Assembly (NCBI GenBank): GCA_002720935.1
Contig: PBIV01000056.1
Location: 1-56,757, forward strand
Source: Rickettsiales bacterium
Lineage (GTDB): Bacteria > Pseudomonadota > Alphaproteobacteria > Micavibrionales > GCA-2720935
Direction: 5' to 3'
DNA: 56,757 nt
Numbering within the stretch: the stretch's first letter is position 1; the number at the start of each line of letters is the position of its first letter. Positions 1 through 7,936 of the stretch are shown here, piece by piece. The notes under the pieces were generated by a model, which worked only from the letters and a program-made list of their open reading frames with translations, did not search any database and was not told where the DNA came from. A program made the translations under genes and the position numbers.

Positions 1-297
1 AAAGTAAAAATAAATAGCGTTGAGAAACCAAACTTTAAACCATTAAACGAAGATGAATTATGTTTACGTGTTCATTCAGATGATATTGCTATTCAAGATG
101 AAGCTCTTGAGATGCTAAAGCTAAGTGATACAGATTTACTTAAAAAATATGAGGGTAGATTAGACTTAATATTTGGTCTGCGTCTAGAAATAGATACAGC
201 TATCAACGCGATGACAAATTCAAAAGAAAAATTACTAATCATGAGAGAGAGGTTAACCGAAACCGCTCGACACATGTTAAATAGCGAAAACAAATAA
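1..297 (+). CDS. Hypothetical protein, C-terminal part only (ORF open to the window edge)
   Basis: Frame 1 is open from base 1 to TAA at 295-297. The listed 112..297 ORF is its in-frame tail. No recognisable motif. Confidence 0.3.
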   Translation, partial: KVKINSVEKPNFKPLNEDELCLRVHSDDIAIQDEALEMLKLSDTDLLKKYEGRLDLIFGLRLEIDTAINAMTNSKEKLLIMRERLTETARHMLNSENK

Positions 298-491
298 CTT
301 AAACTCATTATAGGATTGAGATATGGATGAAGAAGAACGTAAAGCTTTTGTTGAGCAGGCTCGTAAGGATAGAGACAGCGCCCCAAAGCATAGTGAAGAA
401 ACTTCTAGAAGCTTGTGGAGAAAATGGTCAACCGATGTTTTTACCCTTGATATGTTTCAAGAAAAAGATGACAAAGATAAAAAGAGCTGAA

Positions 492-755
492 TTACTCATC
501 TTCTTTAAGCGGTGGGTATGCCACAGGGTTCTCTATGAGGTCTCTTAAGTCGGTGGACAAAGTCCTTAGGTTTTCATTCTGATTCCTTACGTACCGCTCA
601 AACGGAGTAAGATCGGCGATAGCTTCAATGCGATTATGAAGTGCCATTAAATCGATAACAATTTTTTCAATATCGGCGGCAGTTTTACTGGTTGGCTTGG
701 CTTTAGTACCTAACTTAATAATTTCTGCCTCTGGTGGATCTATTTTCTTTACCAT
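492..755 (-). CDS. Hypothetical protein (87 aa)
   Basis: ORF with a GGAGG-like RBS upstream (aggaggggtaATG on the minus strand). No family recognised. Confidence 0.35.
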   Translation of the reverse strand: MVKKIDPPEAEIIKLGTKAKPTSKTAADIEKIVIDLMALHNRIEAIADLTPFERYVRNQNENLRTLSTDLRDLIENPVAYPPLKEDE

Positions 756-874
756 TACCCCTCCTGAAAAAATAACAATAATCAGGACAGCATAACTAAT
801 TTTATATTGATAGCATTTAGATAGTTTCTTTAGTCCGTAAAAAAGAAACTGAATTTATACGCATTACGCACGCG

Positions 875-1017
875 CGCGAGACAGAGCGATTAATTATAAC
901 TATTTGTAATTATATACTTTTTCAATCTGGGTGAGACAGGAGCGAGACAGCAATAGGGACAACACCGAGACAACACCGAGACAGGAGCGAGACAAGAGCG
1001 AGACAAGAGCGAGACAA
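875..1017 (+). repeat. Iteron array (CGAGACA-type 7-mers), candidate replication origin without a Rep ORF
   Basis: Exact CGAGACA at 877, 943, 966, 977, 988, 999 and 1010, plus variants at 932 and 955. The last six are phased at 11 bp and followed by an AT-rich tract. The architecture and a 20-bp core (893-912) match the prophage rep-internal origin at 30436-30565. Confidence 0.75.
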
Positions 1018-1099
1018 ATTTAAGAATGAGAGAGTGTATTTTATTATTTTTATATAAATGATTAGAATGAATAGAGGCTAGAGGACATGGTATATTAAT

Positions 1100-1246
1100 G
1101 TGCTACAATTTTTAACAGGGGTCTGTAAAAAGTGAAAAAACCTAAGTCATTGAATTAAAATGATTTGTATTATTCTTTTAATACCCTCTTTTAGAACAAA
1201 AAGCGGATAGTGCTACAAAAACTGTAGCAGGGTGCTACAATTTTTA
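1100..1246 (+). repeat. GTGCTACAA repeats including a TGCTACA/TGTAGCA palindrome
   Basis: GTGCTACAATTTTTA occurs at 1100-1114 and 1232-1246, and GTGCTACAA at 1210-1218. A palindrome TGCTACAaaaacTGTAGCA lies at 1211-1229. The region is non-coding, between the iterons and the 3' end of ORF 1257..1622. Confidence 0.7.
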
Positions 1247-1256
1247 GCAGTTCTTT

Positions 1257-1622
1257 TTAAATTTTCCATTCATTTGTGGGCTCTTTTCCATTATATGGCT
1301 GATACGTCAATCTCCATTCCCTTGCCATCCCCTTCTTAAAATTGCCTTCATATGCAAGCTCGATAAACCGCCTTTCAATAAGCTCATTAAAATAGTTCTG
1401 GATTGTACTGTGTGATGAAATATTCAACGCCTCCATCGCTTTTCTATGAGATAAGCCTAAGCGTCCATTTCTTTGTGGTGTATAGAGACTCTGCAACACA
1501 TTCAGGAGGCATTTTGCGCCACAACTTAGGCAAATGTACTCTTCACTATTAAAAACGTGTCTAGGAAGCCCTATGACGCCCTTTTCATGTTTATAATATT
1601 TATAGTTTTTCTTATGCCCCAT
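1257..1622 (-). CDS. Hypothetical island protein (121 aa), possible winged-helix DNA-binding protein
   Basis: ORF in the minus-strand island operon, overlapping the upstream gene by 11 nt. The segment EALNISSHSTIQNYFNELIERRFI looks HTH-like. The call is weak. Confidence 0.45.
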   Translation of the reverse strand: MGHKKNYKYYKHEKGVIGLPRHVFNSEEYICLSCGAKCLLNVLQSLYTPQRNGRLGLSHRKAMEALNISSHSTIQNYFNELIERRFIELAYEGNFKKGMAREWRLTYQPYNGKEPTNEWKI

Positions 1623-1857
1623 CTTTAATGATTTTCCTTACCTTGCTTACCGCTATCAATCGCCCCCTCTTAACTGGGCAAATACCATCTCTAGATATAT
1701 CCATGATAACCCTGCCCGATTTTTCACAAGAACGAACCCTTATAACTTTTATGATTTTAGCTTTATTTGACTGAACAAGCGTATGAGCCCACTGAATACA
1801 TTCAGTAAGCCCACCGCATTTTATGTCTTTGCTAGAAATTGCAAAATATGTAGCCAT
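1612..1857 (-). CDS. Hypothetical island protein (81 aa)
   Basis: ORF tightly packed in the operon. No motif recognised. Confidence 0.4.
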   Translation of the reverse strand: MATYFAISSKDIKCGGLTECIQWAHTLVQSNKAKIIKVIRVRSCEKSGRVIMDISRDGICPVKRGRLIAVSKVRKIIKDGA

Positions 1858-1859
1858 TA

Positions 1860-2210
1860 TTACGCCTTATTATAATGACTAGATACTTCCCTACCATTAA
1901 CGGAAATAATTCTTAAAGGCGTTTTAAGGACATAGCGCGCATGCCAGCCATCACTATGAGATTCTCTAATTGTTTCAATATTTAAGCCATAATCTGTTCT
2001 AAGAGTATGAATATAAGCACTTAACCTGAAAGCCCAACTGCAGGACAAGTCTAGTGTAGTCATCCCCTTATTCTTAAAAACGCTCAAAGCGTATAGGGTT
2101 CTGGCTATCTGCTTTGCTTTTATGCTTTTGCAAATATTTTTATTATTTGTGTCAGTCATATATTGAACTGATTTAATATTGATGAAGTTGTATTCTTTAG
2201 ATATAGTCAT
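1860..2210 (-). CDS. Winged-helix (HTH_39-like) island protein. Start chosen at the internal ATG at 2210.
   Basis: The C-terminal segment RLSAYIHTLRTDYGLNIETI resembles the HTH_39 signature. The longer ORF (to 2351) would overlap the AlpA-like gene. Confidence 0.4.
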   Translation of the reverse strand: MTISKEYNFINIKSVQYMTDTNNKNICKSIKAKQIARTLYALSVFKNKGMTTLDLSCSWAFRLSAYIHTLRTDYGLNIETIRESHSDGWHARYVLKTPLRIISVNGREVSSHYNKA

Positions 2211-2322
2211 TGTTGTAAGCCTCTTATTATTGCTTTGTTGGAGGTCATATAGAAGAATATGCCCCTTGTAGAATTGTTGCCCCACCGCAATTTTGCGAGG
2301 GGCTTTTTTATTGATGATAAAA

Positions 2323-2502
2323 TTATTTCTCGAGACTCTTAGCCCATTCAATAGATGCGTCCAAAGGTACGAGTGTCCTTTTACCTATCTTCATAATTCG
2401 AGGACCTCTACCGCTCCTTAAAAGTTTATAAAAGAAACTTGAGCTAATGCGGTGGGCTTCACAAAATTCATTTATTGAGAGTGCGTATTGATTTTTTGTC
2501 AT
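2323..2502 (-). CDS. AlpA/excisionase-family HTH regulator (59 aa, below the ORF-track cutoff)
   Basis: Hand translation gives MTKNQYALSINEFCEAHRISSSFFYKLLRSGRGPRIMKIGKRTLVPLDASIEWAKSLEK. This is the typical AlpA/MerR-like excisionase pattern, and the position near int fits. Confidence 0.6.
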   Translation of the reverse strand: MTKNQYALSINEFCEAHRISSSFFYKLLRSGRGPRIMKIGKRTLVPLDASIEWAKSLEK

Positions 2503-2605
2503 GTTTGTATCTCCTTGTTACTTTGTTGACAGAGATATACAAGCATGAACATTCACGTGACTTCAGCCAGTAAAAGTTAGAAATAGTCAGAAATTAAATA
2601 TAGCG

Positions 2606-3352
2606 TTATTTCTGGCCAATTTTTAATCGTCGATATATAGGAGAAACAAAGGCTTTTATTGTACTTTCGCTTAAGTCAGTATTTTGTTTTGCATACCATT
2701 CCAACAACTCACTTATTAGAGCTGATTGTGTTTCGGGCAGACCGTCAGGACTATTAGCGATTTCAATAATCTTGATATATAGCTCGTCTTTATCATATTT
2801 TGGTTTGCGGCCGCGCCTTTCAAAATATTCATCGGCTTTCATTTCTTGTGCCCCCTCTATCAGTTGAGTTTTTCTAGCAGGAGAATCTTTTTCACTGAAT
2901 ACTTGCAGTAAATGACTTGTCTGGATTTCTATTTTTTTGATACAAACATCAAGCTCAGGTTCTCTAGAAGTAATAGAAGCAATCTCTGAACCAATCCAAT
3001 TTACATCGTAATAAACATTACCCCAAAAACTTTGGTCAATAACTGTATCCGCTATTGTTTCAAAGGTAGATCTATTAAAGAAACAGCCACTGGCAATTAA
3101 TTCACCAGAAACAAGAAAGGTCTCTAACATTGTACAAGCATTCTTAAAGTCTAAAAACATACTTTGGTTTCGTAAAATAGCTCCATATTCATTATCATCG
3201 TCAAAATATGATTGATAGACTTTCATCGCCAAACCGAGTTGAATTGGTCTTTCACCAAAAGCGACCCAACGCACAGCCTGGTATAATGAACACATTTCTA
3301 GCATAGGTATTTTTTCTGAATAAATTAATTTTTCTACTTCTTTATTTTTCAT
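2606..3352 (-). CDS. Hypothetical island cargo protein (248 aa)
   Basis: ORF overlapping the integrase 3' end by 11 nt. No family recognised. Confidence 0.5.
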   Translation of the reverse strand: MKNKEVEKLIYSEKIPMLEMCSLYQAVRWVAFGERPIQLGLAMKVYQSYFDDDNEYGAILRNQSMFLDFKNACTMLETFLVSGELIASGCFFNRSTFETIADTVIDQSFWGNVYYDVNWIGSEIASITSREPELDVCIKKIEIQTSHLLQVFSEKDSPARKTQLIEGAQEMKADEYFERRGRKPKYDKDELYIKIIEIANSPDGLPETQSALISELLEWYAKQNTDLSESTIKAFVSPIYRRLKIGQK

Positions 3353-4538
3353 TCTTTACCCCATCCAAATAATCTGCCCAATCTTGCATCATGACTTTAC
3401 GCTCATCAAGAAACTGCGCACGGTTATAAGCCTCTCCTAATGCGCCTGATGCCTTATGAGCAAGCTGCACCTCAATTACATCTGGGTCATATTTAAGCTT
3501 TTCACGAATAGCAGTTCTCGCCAATGCCCGAAAACCATGAGCTGTCATACGTCCATGAAAGCCTAGTTTCTTAAGGGCTACATTGACTGTACCGTCACTA
3601 ATTGGCTTTCTTGGTTTAATGATACTAGGGAAAACAAACGGTGTCTTTAAGTAGCCCGTTTCATCTTTTTGTTCTTTAAGGATTTTTATAGCTTGCTCGG
3701 ACAAGGGAACAATATGCTCTCTATTCATTTTCATGCGGTGGGCAGGAATACGCCACTCTTTTTCAGCTAAGTTAAATTCATCCCATTGAGCAGCTCTTAA
3801 TTCGCCAGGTCTAACAAAGGTTAACATAGATAATTTAATTGCTCGCCTCGTTCTGGCATATAAACGCGCTTCATTCTTTTCAAGAGCTTGTAATAGCTCT
3901 GGTATCTCGGAGGTTTGCAATGCGGGGAAATGTTTTGTCTTATGAGGTTTTAAAGCGCCAACTAAATCCACCGCTAAATTACGCTCACAACGCCCTGTCG
4001 TAATCCCAAAGGAGAATACTTGCCCGCATAACTGCCTTATACGTCCAGCAATGTCTAAAGCCCCTCTCGCTTCTATCTTTCTAAGCACATCAAGCAAATC
4101 ACTTGTTTCAATTTTGGCAATTGGGGTCGTTCCAATAAAAGGAAATACATCTTTTTCTAAACGAGTTAAGATACCTTTAGCATAATTATCCGTCCATCCT
4201 GATTTCTTAGTTTCATGCCACTCCATAGCAACAGCTTGAAAAGTATTTTGAGAATTCCTGATTCGTTCTTTCTTTTGCTTTTTCTTATGGCTTGATGGAT
4301 CAACCCCATTTACTAAAAGCTTCTTAGCCTCATCTCTTGCAACTCGGGCTTCGGAAAGTGAAATAATAGGATATGTGCCAATTGATAATAGTTTTTCCTT
4401 GCCTAGAAACCTGTATTTCATACGCCAGTATTTAGACCCTGACGGATTAACTAATAAATATAAACCACCGCCATCCGATAATTTACGTGGTTTTTCTTCT
4501 GTTTTAGCATTCTTGCAAGCAATATTGCTTAATTTCAT
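3342..4538 (-). CDS. int: Tyrosine integrase, P4-like (DUF4102 N-terminal arm-binding domain)
   Basis: The N-terminus KLSDGGGLYLLVNPSGSKYWRMKYRFLGKEKLLSIGTYP is typical of P4-type integrases. The C-terminus has HGFR...LAH...Y catalytic-type motifs. The gene is adjacent to a tRNA 3' end. Confidence 0.9.
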   Translation of the reverse strand: MKLSNIACKNAKTEEKPRKLSDGGGLYLLVNPSGSKYWRMKYRFLGKEKLLSIGTYPIISLSEARVARDEAKKLLVNGVDPSSHKKKQKKERIRNSQNTFQAVAMEWHETKKSGWTDNYAKGILTRLEKDVFPFIGTTPIAKIETSDLLDVLRKIEARGALDIAGRIRQLCGQVFSFGITTGRCERNLAVDLVGALKPHKTKHFPALQTSEIPELLQALEKNEARLYARTRRAIKLSMLTFVRPGELRAAQWDEFNLAEKEWRIPAHRMKMNREHIVPLSEQAIKILKEQKDETGYLKTPFVFPSIIKPRKPISDGTVNVALKKLGFHGRMTAHGFRALARTAIREKLKYDPDVIEVQLAHKASGALGEAYNRAQFLDERKVMMQDWADYLDGVKNEK

Positions 4539-4708
4539 CTATAGATACCCCCACCTTTTTGAGATACCCCACTTTTATACCCCCAAAAATATGTGGATGT
4601 ACGTGAAGTCACAAATAGTCCTATATATTTTGATAGCGACTAAATGCTTGCTTGGCAAGGTGTTTGTGTATATCTATAAAGTTGTGTGAAGTAAGAGAAA
4701 GTAAAAAG

Positions 4709-4793
4709 TGGTGGTGGGAGTAGGATTCGAACCTACGTACGCAATGCGGGCAGATTTACAGTCTGCTGCCTTTAACCACTCGGCCATCCCACC
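4709..4793 (-). tRNA. tRNA-Tyr (anticodon GTA)
   Basis: 85-nt cloverleaf on the minus strand. Acceptor GGTGGGA/TCCCACC followed by A-CCA, anticodon loop CTGTAAA, long variable arm and GGTTCGAATCC T-arm. Confidence 0.9.
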
Positions 4794-4907
4794 AAAAATA
4801 TGAATAGCTGTTGATTAGCTTTGGCATCCTATAAAAAAGGGACTGGTAATTCAAGTGTAAAGTGAAAAGATATCCATATTTTTTAAAAGGCGTTGAATAT
4901 ACGGCCT

Positions 4908-5540
4908 TTATTTATAAAGACTGGCCTCAATTTTCCAGATTTTTATAAGCTCAGACTTTAAAATTGTTTTTTGAATATCAGGGTTGGAAAGCTGTTCTAA
5001 AGTGATTTCCTTGTCATTTTGCGCTGAGACCCTTCCCCAAAAGATACCTTGGCCATTTTCAACAAATATATAATCGCTTTGTTGAATGGTTTGTGATGTT
5101 TTGACTAATAATTGATCTTGATAATAAAATCGTGGGGCGCAACTATTATCAGGGCAGATAAAGCCAGCATCCATCGCATCAAATGAGATATTCTTTACCA
5201 AAGCCATCGAATAACAAATATAGTCATCGTCATTCATTGCCTCTAATTTAAATAAAGGAATTTGATTTTCATCGTTTTTTAATGAGTTTGGCTCTTGAGC
5301 GCTGAATATTATTGTATTCTCAATTTCATGGATATCCCCAAAACCATCAAGCAACCATTCATGCCTAATATTAAGGGCTTTTGCAATTTTGCGTGTTGTA
5401 TCAATGCGTGGATTTTTTGAGCGCCCCTTTAAAATATCACGGATAGCCGTCTCATTAAGGTTGGCTTTGCTTGAAAGCTCTTTTGCTCTCAAGCCTCTTT
5501 CTTGCATGATAAATTCTATACGCTCTTTTATATTTTTCAT
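4908..5540 (-). CDS. cI/LexA-like repressor (XRE HTH plus degenerate S24-like C-terminal domain)
   Basis: The N-terminal HTH is LRAKELSSKANLNETAIRDILKG. The C-terminal DNSCAPRF...IFWGRV aligns with the S24 GDSMxP...vKRl pattern but lacks the Lys. It is a paralog of the prophage cI (26297..26956). Confidence 0.6.
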   Translation of the reverse strand: MKNIKERIEFIMQERGLRAKELSSKANLNETAIRDILKGRSKNPRIDTTRKIAKALNIRHEWLLDGFGDIHEIENTIIFSAQEPNSLKNDENQIPLFKLEAMNDDDYICYSMALVKNISFDAMDAGFICPDNSCAPRFYYQDQLLVKTSQTIQQSDYIFVENGQGIFWGRVSAQNDKEITLEQLSNPDIQKTILKSELIKIWKIEASLYK

Positions 5541-5619
5541 TGTTATGTCTTGCGCAGTCTTTTTAAAAGTGGGATATTTCCCACCACAATAGATAATCTA
5601 TTTAAATAAGTGTATCAAA

Positions 5620-5943
5620 ATGAAATTTTTGCGCAAAGGGATTATGAAGATGGAAAAAATAATTGATTACAACTATAAAAACGAAAGCAAAATTCTTTGT
5701 CCCAAAAGCACGGCCTCGCAAACTCTCCCCCATTATCAGGATACAAGAGATATCTTGCGTAAAAATTTAATCAATTTTAGAAAAGAAAGACATTTATCAC
5801 AAAAACAAATCGCAAAAATTTTAGGGATTTCTTATCAACAGATTCAAAAATATGAGAATGGCAAAAATAGAATTTCAGCCGAAACATTGTATCAGCTAAG
5901 CCGCTTTTATCATATCTGTTTGGAAAAATTTTTTATTATTTAA
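5620..5943 (+). CDS. XRE-family HTH regulator (cro-like partner, divergent from 4908..5540)
   Basis: The segment LSQKQIAKILGISYQQIQKYENGKNRISAETL is a canonical XRE HTH. The true start may be an internal Met. Confidence 0.6.
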   Translation: MKFLRKGIMKMEKIIDYNYKNESKILCPKSTASQTLPHYQDTRDILRKNLINFRKERHLSQKQIAKILGISYQQIQKYENGKNRISAETLYQLSRFYHICLEKFFII

Positions 5944-5946
5944 TGC

Positions 5947-6900
5947 TTAGCGCTTAATTCGAAAACCTATTTTTACCGATGGATCAGAACCATCTGTTTC
6001 AATGCCACCATAAACATCCAAAGCCTCGCCCAGAAGTGGTAAATTTAAATCTTGGGCAAGACCTACAAAGGCGCGATTATCCCATTTCTCTTGTTGAAAA
6101 TCATATCCAACTTCATAAACAAATACGCCAGACAAGCCTGCGGATCCTAAGCGCCCTGGTAAATCGCGTTCATAGCTTACTTGGCCCCTCACACTGCTTT
6201 CATCTTTGTATAAATCAGCACGTGCCGTTAAATTTAAATTACCTTCTAAATATTCAGAGCGCGATTGTATGTAGGCCGAACCATAAGCATCGCCGTCAAT
6301 CATACCCACCGAAGCCACCATATCAAGATCTTCTGTTACACGCTCATATTGACCGGCTATCAAAGCGTTTCCATTGGTATCAACACCAGCCCAAGCAACA
6401 AACCTATTGTGATCTTCTTCATTAGAATTAGGGGCATCTTTATCAATCACGTTATCAGACGTATATCTTACCCCGTTAAATGTATGACGATTGGCAGGAC
6501 CATCCAGACTATTAAAATTAAAGTCATTTAAAAAATCTGATCCTAAAGTTTGTCCCCCGAGATTATTCGTGCTCATACGGCCAATATTTAAATCTGTTTG
6601 TCGATTTTCATCGCCGCCCTCAATCGCATAGTAAAGCTCTGCTTCGCCCCCATTATAAGCAACCCTGAATTCGTTTGATTCATCGTTATTTTTTAGAATA
6701 TCAAACGCGACACCGTGCGCTGTTGTATCTTGTTCTATACGTTCATAAAGACCTGCCCCCACTTTTCCAGCAGTCTCAAGCGCTTTATCCTTTGCCGTTT
6801 CCACAATCGAAGGCAAGTTTGAGCCTTGTGCAAATGCCGCAGGGCTACCTGCAATTATTGCTACTGAACCGGCCAATAAAAATGTCTTCCATTTTTTCAA
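5947..6900 (-). CDS. Secreted outer-membrane (beta-barrel-like) protein
   Basis: Signal peptide MKKWKTFLLAGSVAIIAGSPAAFAQ. The body is rich in Gly/Asp/aromatic alternation. The function call is weak. Confidence 0.45.
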   Translation of the reverse strand: MKKWKTFLLAGSVAIIAGSPAAFAQGSNLPSIVETAKDKALETAGKVGAGLYERIEQDTTAHGVAFDILKNNDESNEFRVAYNGGEAELYYAIEGGDENRQTDLNIGRMSTNNLGGQTLGSDFLNDFNFNSLDGPANRHTFNGVRYTSDNVIDKDAPNSNEEDHNRFVAWAGVDTNGNALIAGQYERVTEDLDMVASVGMIDGDAYGSAYIQSRSEYLEGNLNLTARADLYKDESSVRGQVSYERDLPGRLGSAGLSGVFVYEVGYDFQQEKWDNRAFVGLAQDLNLPLLGEALDVYGGIETDGSDPSVKIGFRIKR

Positions 6901-7096
6901 AAAAATACCCCTGCTAAAACTAGCTTTTTAATATAAAAGCCACTTTATAATTTTATCTTTTAAGCGCATCCACTTATTAAGCTAACACTTACAAGTTTTA
7001 ATTATTATGTAAAACTATTAAGATTCAGATAATATTTATCAAAAGAAGGGTTAAAATTAAAAAGATTTGGGTTTTGAACGGAAAAACAAGATAAAT

Positions 7097-7936
7097 TTAA
7101 CGTTTAAACGCCTCATAAAGGGCAATAGCTGCGGCATTGGAGACATTCAAACTCCAAAACTTATTAATGGTTGGTAATTTTGCCATGAGATCACAGTTTT
7201 TGCGCACTAATGGCCGCAAGCCCGGACCTTCAGCCCCCATAACAAGAACAAGATTTTCAATCCCTTTAACGGTTTGATCGATATCTTTTTCCCCACGCTC
7301 ATCCAAAGCAACGGACCAGAAACCATTTTCTTTCAAAGTCTCTAAACTGCGGGCTAAATTAGTCACAGAGATATAATCGATTTTATCGGCTGAGCCACAG
7401 GCAATTTTCGCAATTGTTGCGTTTAATTCTGGGGCATTTTTATCTTGAACAATTATTCCCCTAGCTCCAAAAGCACAGGCAGAGCGCATAATTGCCCCAA
7501 TATTATGCGGATCAGAAACCTGATCCAACATGATGTATAAATTCTTTTCCTCTAAATCCAAGGCTTTTAAGTGTTCTTCAAGGGTAAATTTTTGCAAAGG
7601 CTGAATTTTTGCAACAACATTTTGATGCACAGCGCCAGCACCCGCTAAATCATCAAGCTGTGCTCTTGTTTTAATCTCTTTATTAACTTTTGAAAATGGC
7701 TCTTTGATATCGCTGTGACTAAAAAATGGATGATCATCTGTTATATAAAGTTTTTCAATAACACGCTTTTTATTAAGCAGTGCAGCCTCAACTGCATGCA
7801 ATCCATAAAGAATAAAGCGGTTATCCAGCCCTTGTTTTCTTTCTTCAAAATTACCCTTTGGTTTTTGAGGCTTTTTTTGAAAATCTTTGTTTGATGATCT
7901 TTTATTAGAAGGGTTATGTTTTTTCTTCTTACTCAT
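7097..7936 (-). CDS. rlmB: SpoU/TrmH-family RNA 2'-O-methyltransferase (RlmB-like) with a basic N-terminal extension
   Basis: SpoU motifs present: NIGAIMRSACAFGA, LVLVMGAEGPGL and LNVSNAAAIALYE. Confidence 0.7.
   Translation of the reverse strand: MSKKKKHNPSNKRSSNKDFQKKPQKPKGNFEERKQGLDNRFILYGLHAVEAALLNKKRVIEKLYITDDHPFFSHSDIKEPFSKVNKEIKTRAQLDDLAGAGAVHQNVVAKIQPLQKFTLEEHLKALDLEEKNLYIMLDQVSDPHNIGAIMRSACAFGARGIIVQDKNAPELNATIAKIACGSADKIDYISVTNLARSLETLKENGFWSVALDERGEKDIDQTVKGIENLVLVMGAEGPGLRPLVRKNCDLMAKLPTINKFWSLNVSNAAAIALYEAFKR

Larger units (their letters stand above)
1..4708. mobile_element. Integrative island (partial, continues left of the window) at the 3' end of tRNA-Tyr. Contains a P4-type integrase, AlpA-like regulator, HTH genes and a Rep-less iteron origin.
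   Basis: The integrase gene ends about 170 nt from the tRNA-Tyr 3' end. Island genes right of the iteron array (1257..4538) lie on the minus strand; the left end carries ORFs on both strands. No second att repeat was found inside the window. Confidence 0.6.

Noticed and set aside
93-548. ORFs 93..386 (-) and 327..548 (+)
   Set aside because: 93..386 is antisense to the ORF that is open from the window edge. 327..548 has an implausible hydrophobic/basic composition. A 55-aa alternative in another frame (323..490, MDEEERKAFVEQARKD...) looks more protein-like but is too short and unsupported to call.
721-745. CTGGTGG at about 731-737, resembling E. coli Chi
   Set aside because: It is a single occurrence lacking the first G of Chi. 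It is not part of the GCGGTGG set.
875-1017. Short phased repeats considered as a CRISPR array
   Set aside because: The repeat unit is only 7 nt at 11-bp spacing, with no spacers and no cas genes. The architecture matches replication iterons, and there is a homologous array inside the prophage rep gene.
5979-6917. Plus-strand ORFs 5979..6425, 6265..6531 and 6675..6917
   Set aside because: They are shadow ORFs antisense to the outer-membrane protein gene 5947..6900, which has a clear signal peptide.
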